From: a virus
Lineage: Duplodnaviria > Caudoviricetes
DNA length: 25,645 nucleotides
Virus record (IMG/VR): IMGVR_UViG_3300044951_000026
Coordinates: 1 to 25,645 of that record
Strand: one strand, 5' to 3'
Position 1 is the first letter of the stretch. Each line of letters opens with the position of its first letter. The notes beneath the pieces were generated by a model. The model ran no database searches. It saw nothing but the letters and a program-made list of their open reading frames with translations, and was not told where the DNA came from. Below, piece by piece: positions 24,931 to 25,645 of the stretch. A program made the translations under genes and the position numbers.

Positions 24931-25010
24931 AAAAATTGCCTCACAAAATAAGCAAATACCGACCAAAACGCTACCAATGAAAAAAAGATCAATGCCCATA
25001 TTGCTCTCAT
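24927..25010 (-). CDS. Putative single-pass membrane micropeptide, 27 aa
   Basis: Not in the ORF track: MRAIWALIFFSLVAFWSVFAYFVRQFL; ATGA overlaps with both the rusA stop and the ninB start. Confidence 0.7.
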   Translation of the reverse strand: MRAIWALIFFSLVAFWSVFAYFVRQFL

Positions 25011-25426
25011 GCTTGCCTCACCATAACTTCAACCTTTGCCACCTCACCGTAAACCTTTGTGGCGTGAATTGATGTGATCTGCGAATCGTTGTCAAACACG
25101 ATTTTGTCCATGCCATCAATGACCGACTTGATTACGTTATCCAAATCTGGGCGTTTTGTGTGTTTCTCGGTATCGTTTAAACAGGCTTCTGTGCGTTTTT
25201 TGGAGTATGAGGGGGGAACGGGAAAGGTAACGTAAATAAACGCCTCTAATGCCCCTTCTAGGGCTTGTGAAGCACCCATTGCAACCTTTGCCATCATTCC
25301 AACTTCAGATTCATAGGTTTTTGTTTTTTCAGGGGTGTAGGCAACGGGAAACTTTCCCCTTGTGGAAAACCGCGGTCTGCCCTTTGGGACGGGATGGCCA
25401 TAGACCGTAAACATGATTGAAATCAT
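25007..25426 (-). CDS. rusA: RusA-family Holliday junction resolvase, 139 aa
   Basis: PVPKGRPRF...YTPEKT..YE...KRPDLDNVIKSVIDGMD..VFDNDSQI. Confidence 0.92.
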   Translation of the reverse strand: MISIMFTVYGHPVPKGRPRFSTRGKFPVAYTPEKTKTYESEVGMMAKVAMGASQALEGALEAFIYVTFPVPPSYSKKRTEACLNDTEKHTKRPDLDNVIKSVIDGMDKIVFDNDSQITSIHATKVYGEVAKVEVMVRQA

Positions 25427-25645
25427 TTCTTATCCTTTTGTTCGTTCATGCGCTTGCGTAAGTCATCAGCGGCTGGTTGCCCACGTTTCTTGGCAATGTC
25501 CAGCAGGGTCTGTTGCCACCAGTATTGGGCTTCCCCCCTGCCTTCCTCTAGCGCTTTCTTTTTGAAGCGCCTGATCCATTCCTTTGCTTCCGATTCCCTC
25601 ATAGTCTCCCGTAAGTTCAAGCGCTCTGAGGATGACAAATTCGCT
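25423..25645 (-). CDS. Hypothetical protein, start uncertain or beyond the window
   Basis: Frame is open to the right edge; ATGA overlap with rusA; ...EAKEWIRR...IAKKRGQPAADDLRKRM. Confidence 0.6.
   Translation of the reverse strand, partial: ANLSSSERLNLRETMRESEAKEWIRRFKKKALEEGRGEAQYWWQQTLLDIAKKRGQPAADDLRKRMNEQKDKK

Noticed and set aside
24931-24999. Hydrophobic N-terminal extension on the NinB-like ORF (MGIDLFFIGSVLVGICLF...)
   Set aside because: Better explained by the separate 27-aa gene in another frame with ATGA overlaps, plus the RBS-supported start at 24930.
1-25645. Alternative genetic code, tRNA genes, introns or inteins
   Set aside because: Standard-code ORFs tile the window with normal lengths for terminase, portal and coat; spacers are short and show no cloverleaf; no intein motifs seen.

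Overview
This window is the late/virion-morphogenesis arm of a P22-like (short-tailed, podovirus-type) dsDNA phage or prophage, with almost all genes on the minus strand. In transcription order (right to left): the end of a nin-like early region (RusA, a 27-aa membrane peptide missed by the ORF track, NinB-like, NrdR-like Zn ribbon, His-Me-finger-like protein); one counter-oriented small gene sharing a symmetric bidirectional sigma70-like promoter with the late operon; a cluster of small basic proteins plus a divergent GroES; a stand-alone ART-PolyVal-like ADP-ribosyltransferase-fold gene; TerS, PBSX-type TerL, P22-like portal, scaffold and coat; several beta-rich decoration/fibre proteins; a Gly/Cys-rich fibre-tip cassette with a 2OG-Fe(II) oxygenase; gp4-, gp10- and gp26-like tail hub proteins; and three DNA-ejection proteins, the last running off the left edge. 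The gene content resembles uncultured freshwater phages, possibly of Betaproteobacteria (inference only). No tRNA, CRISPR, integrase, reverse transcriptase or lysis genes were seen. The most notable items are the ART-like effector coupled to terminase, the fibre-tip/oxygenase cassette, one ~68-aa module inserted into both tail hub proteins, and the bidirectional promoter with its lone antisense gene. All family calls come from motif recognition and synteny; no database search was run.
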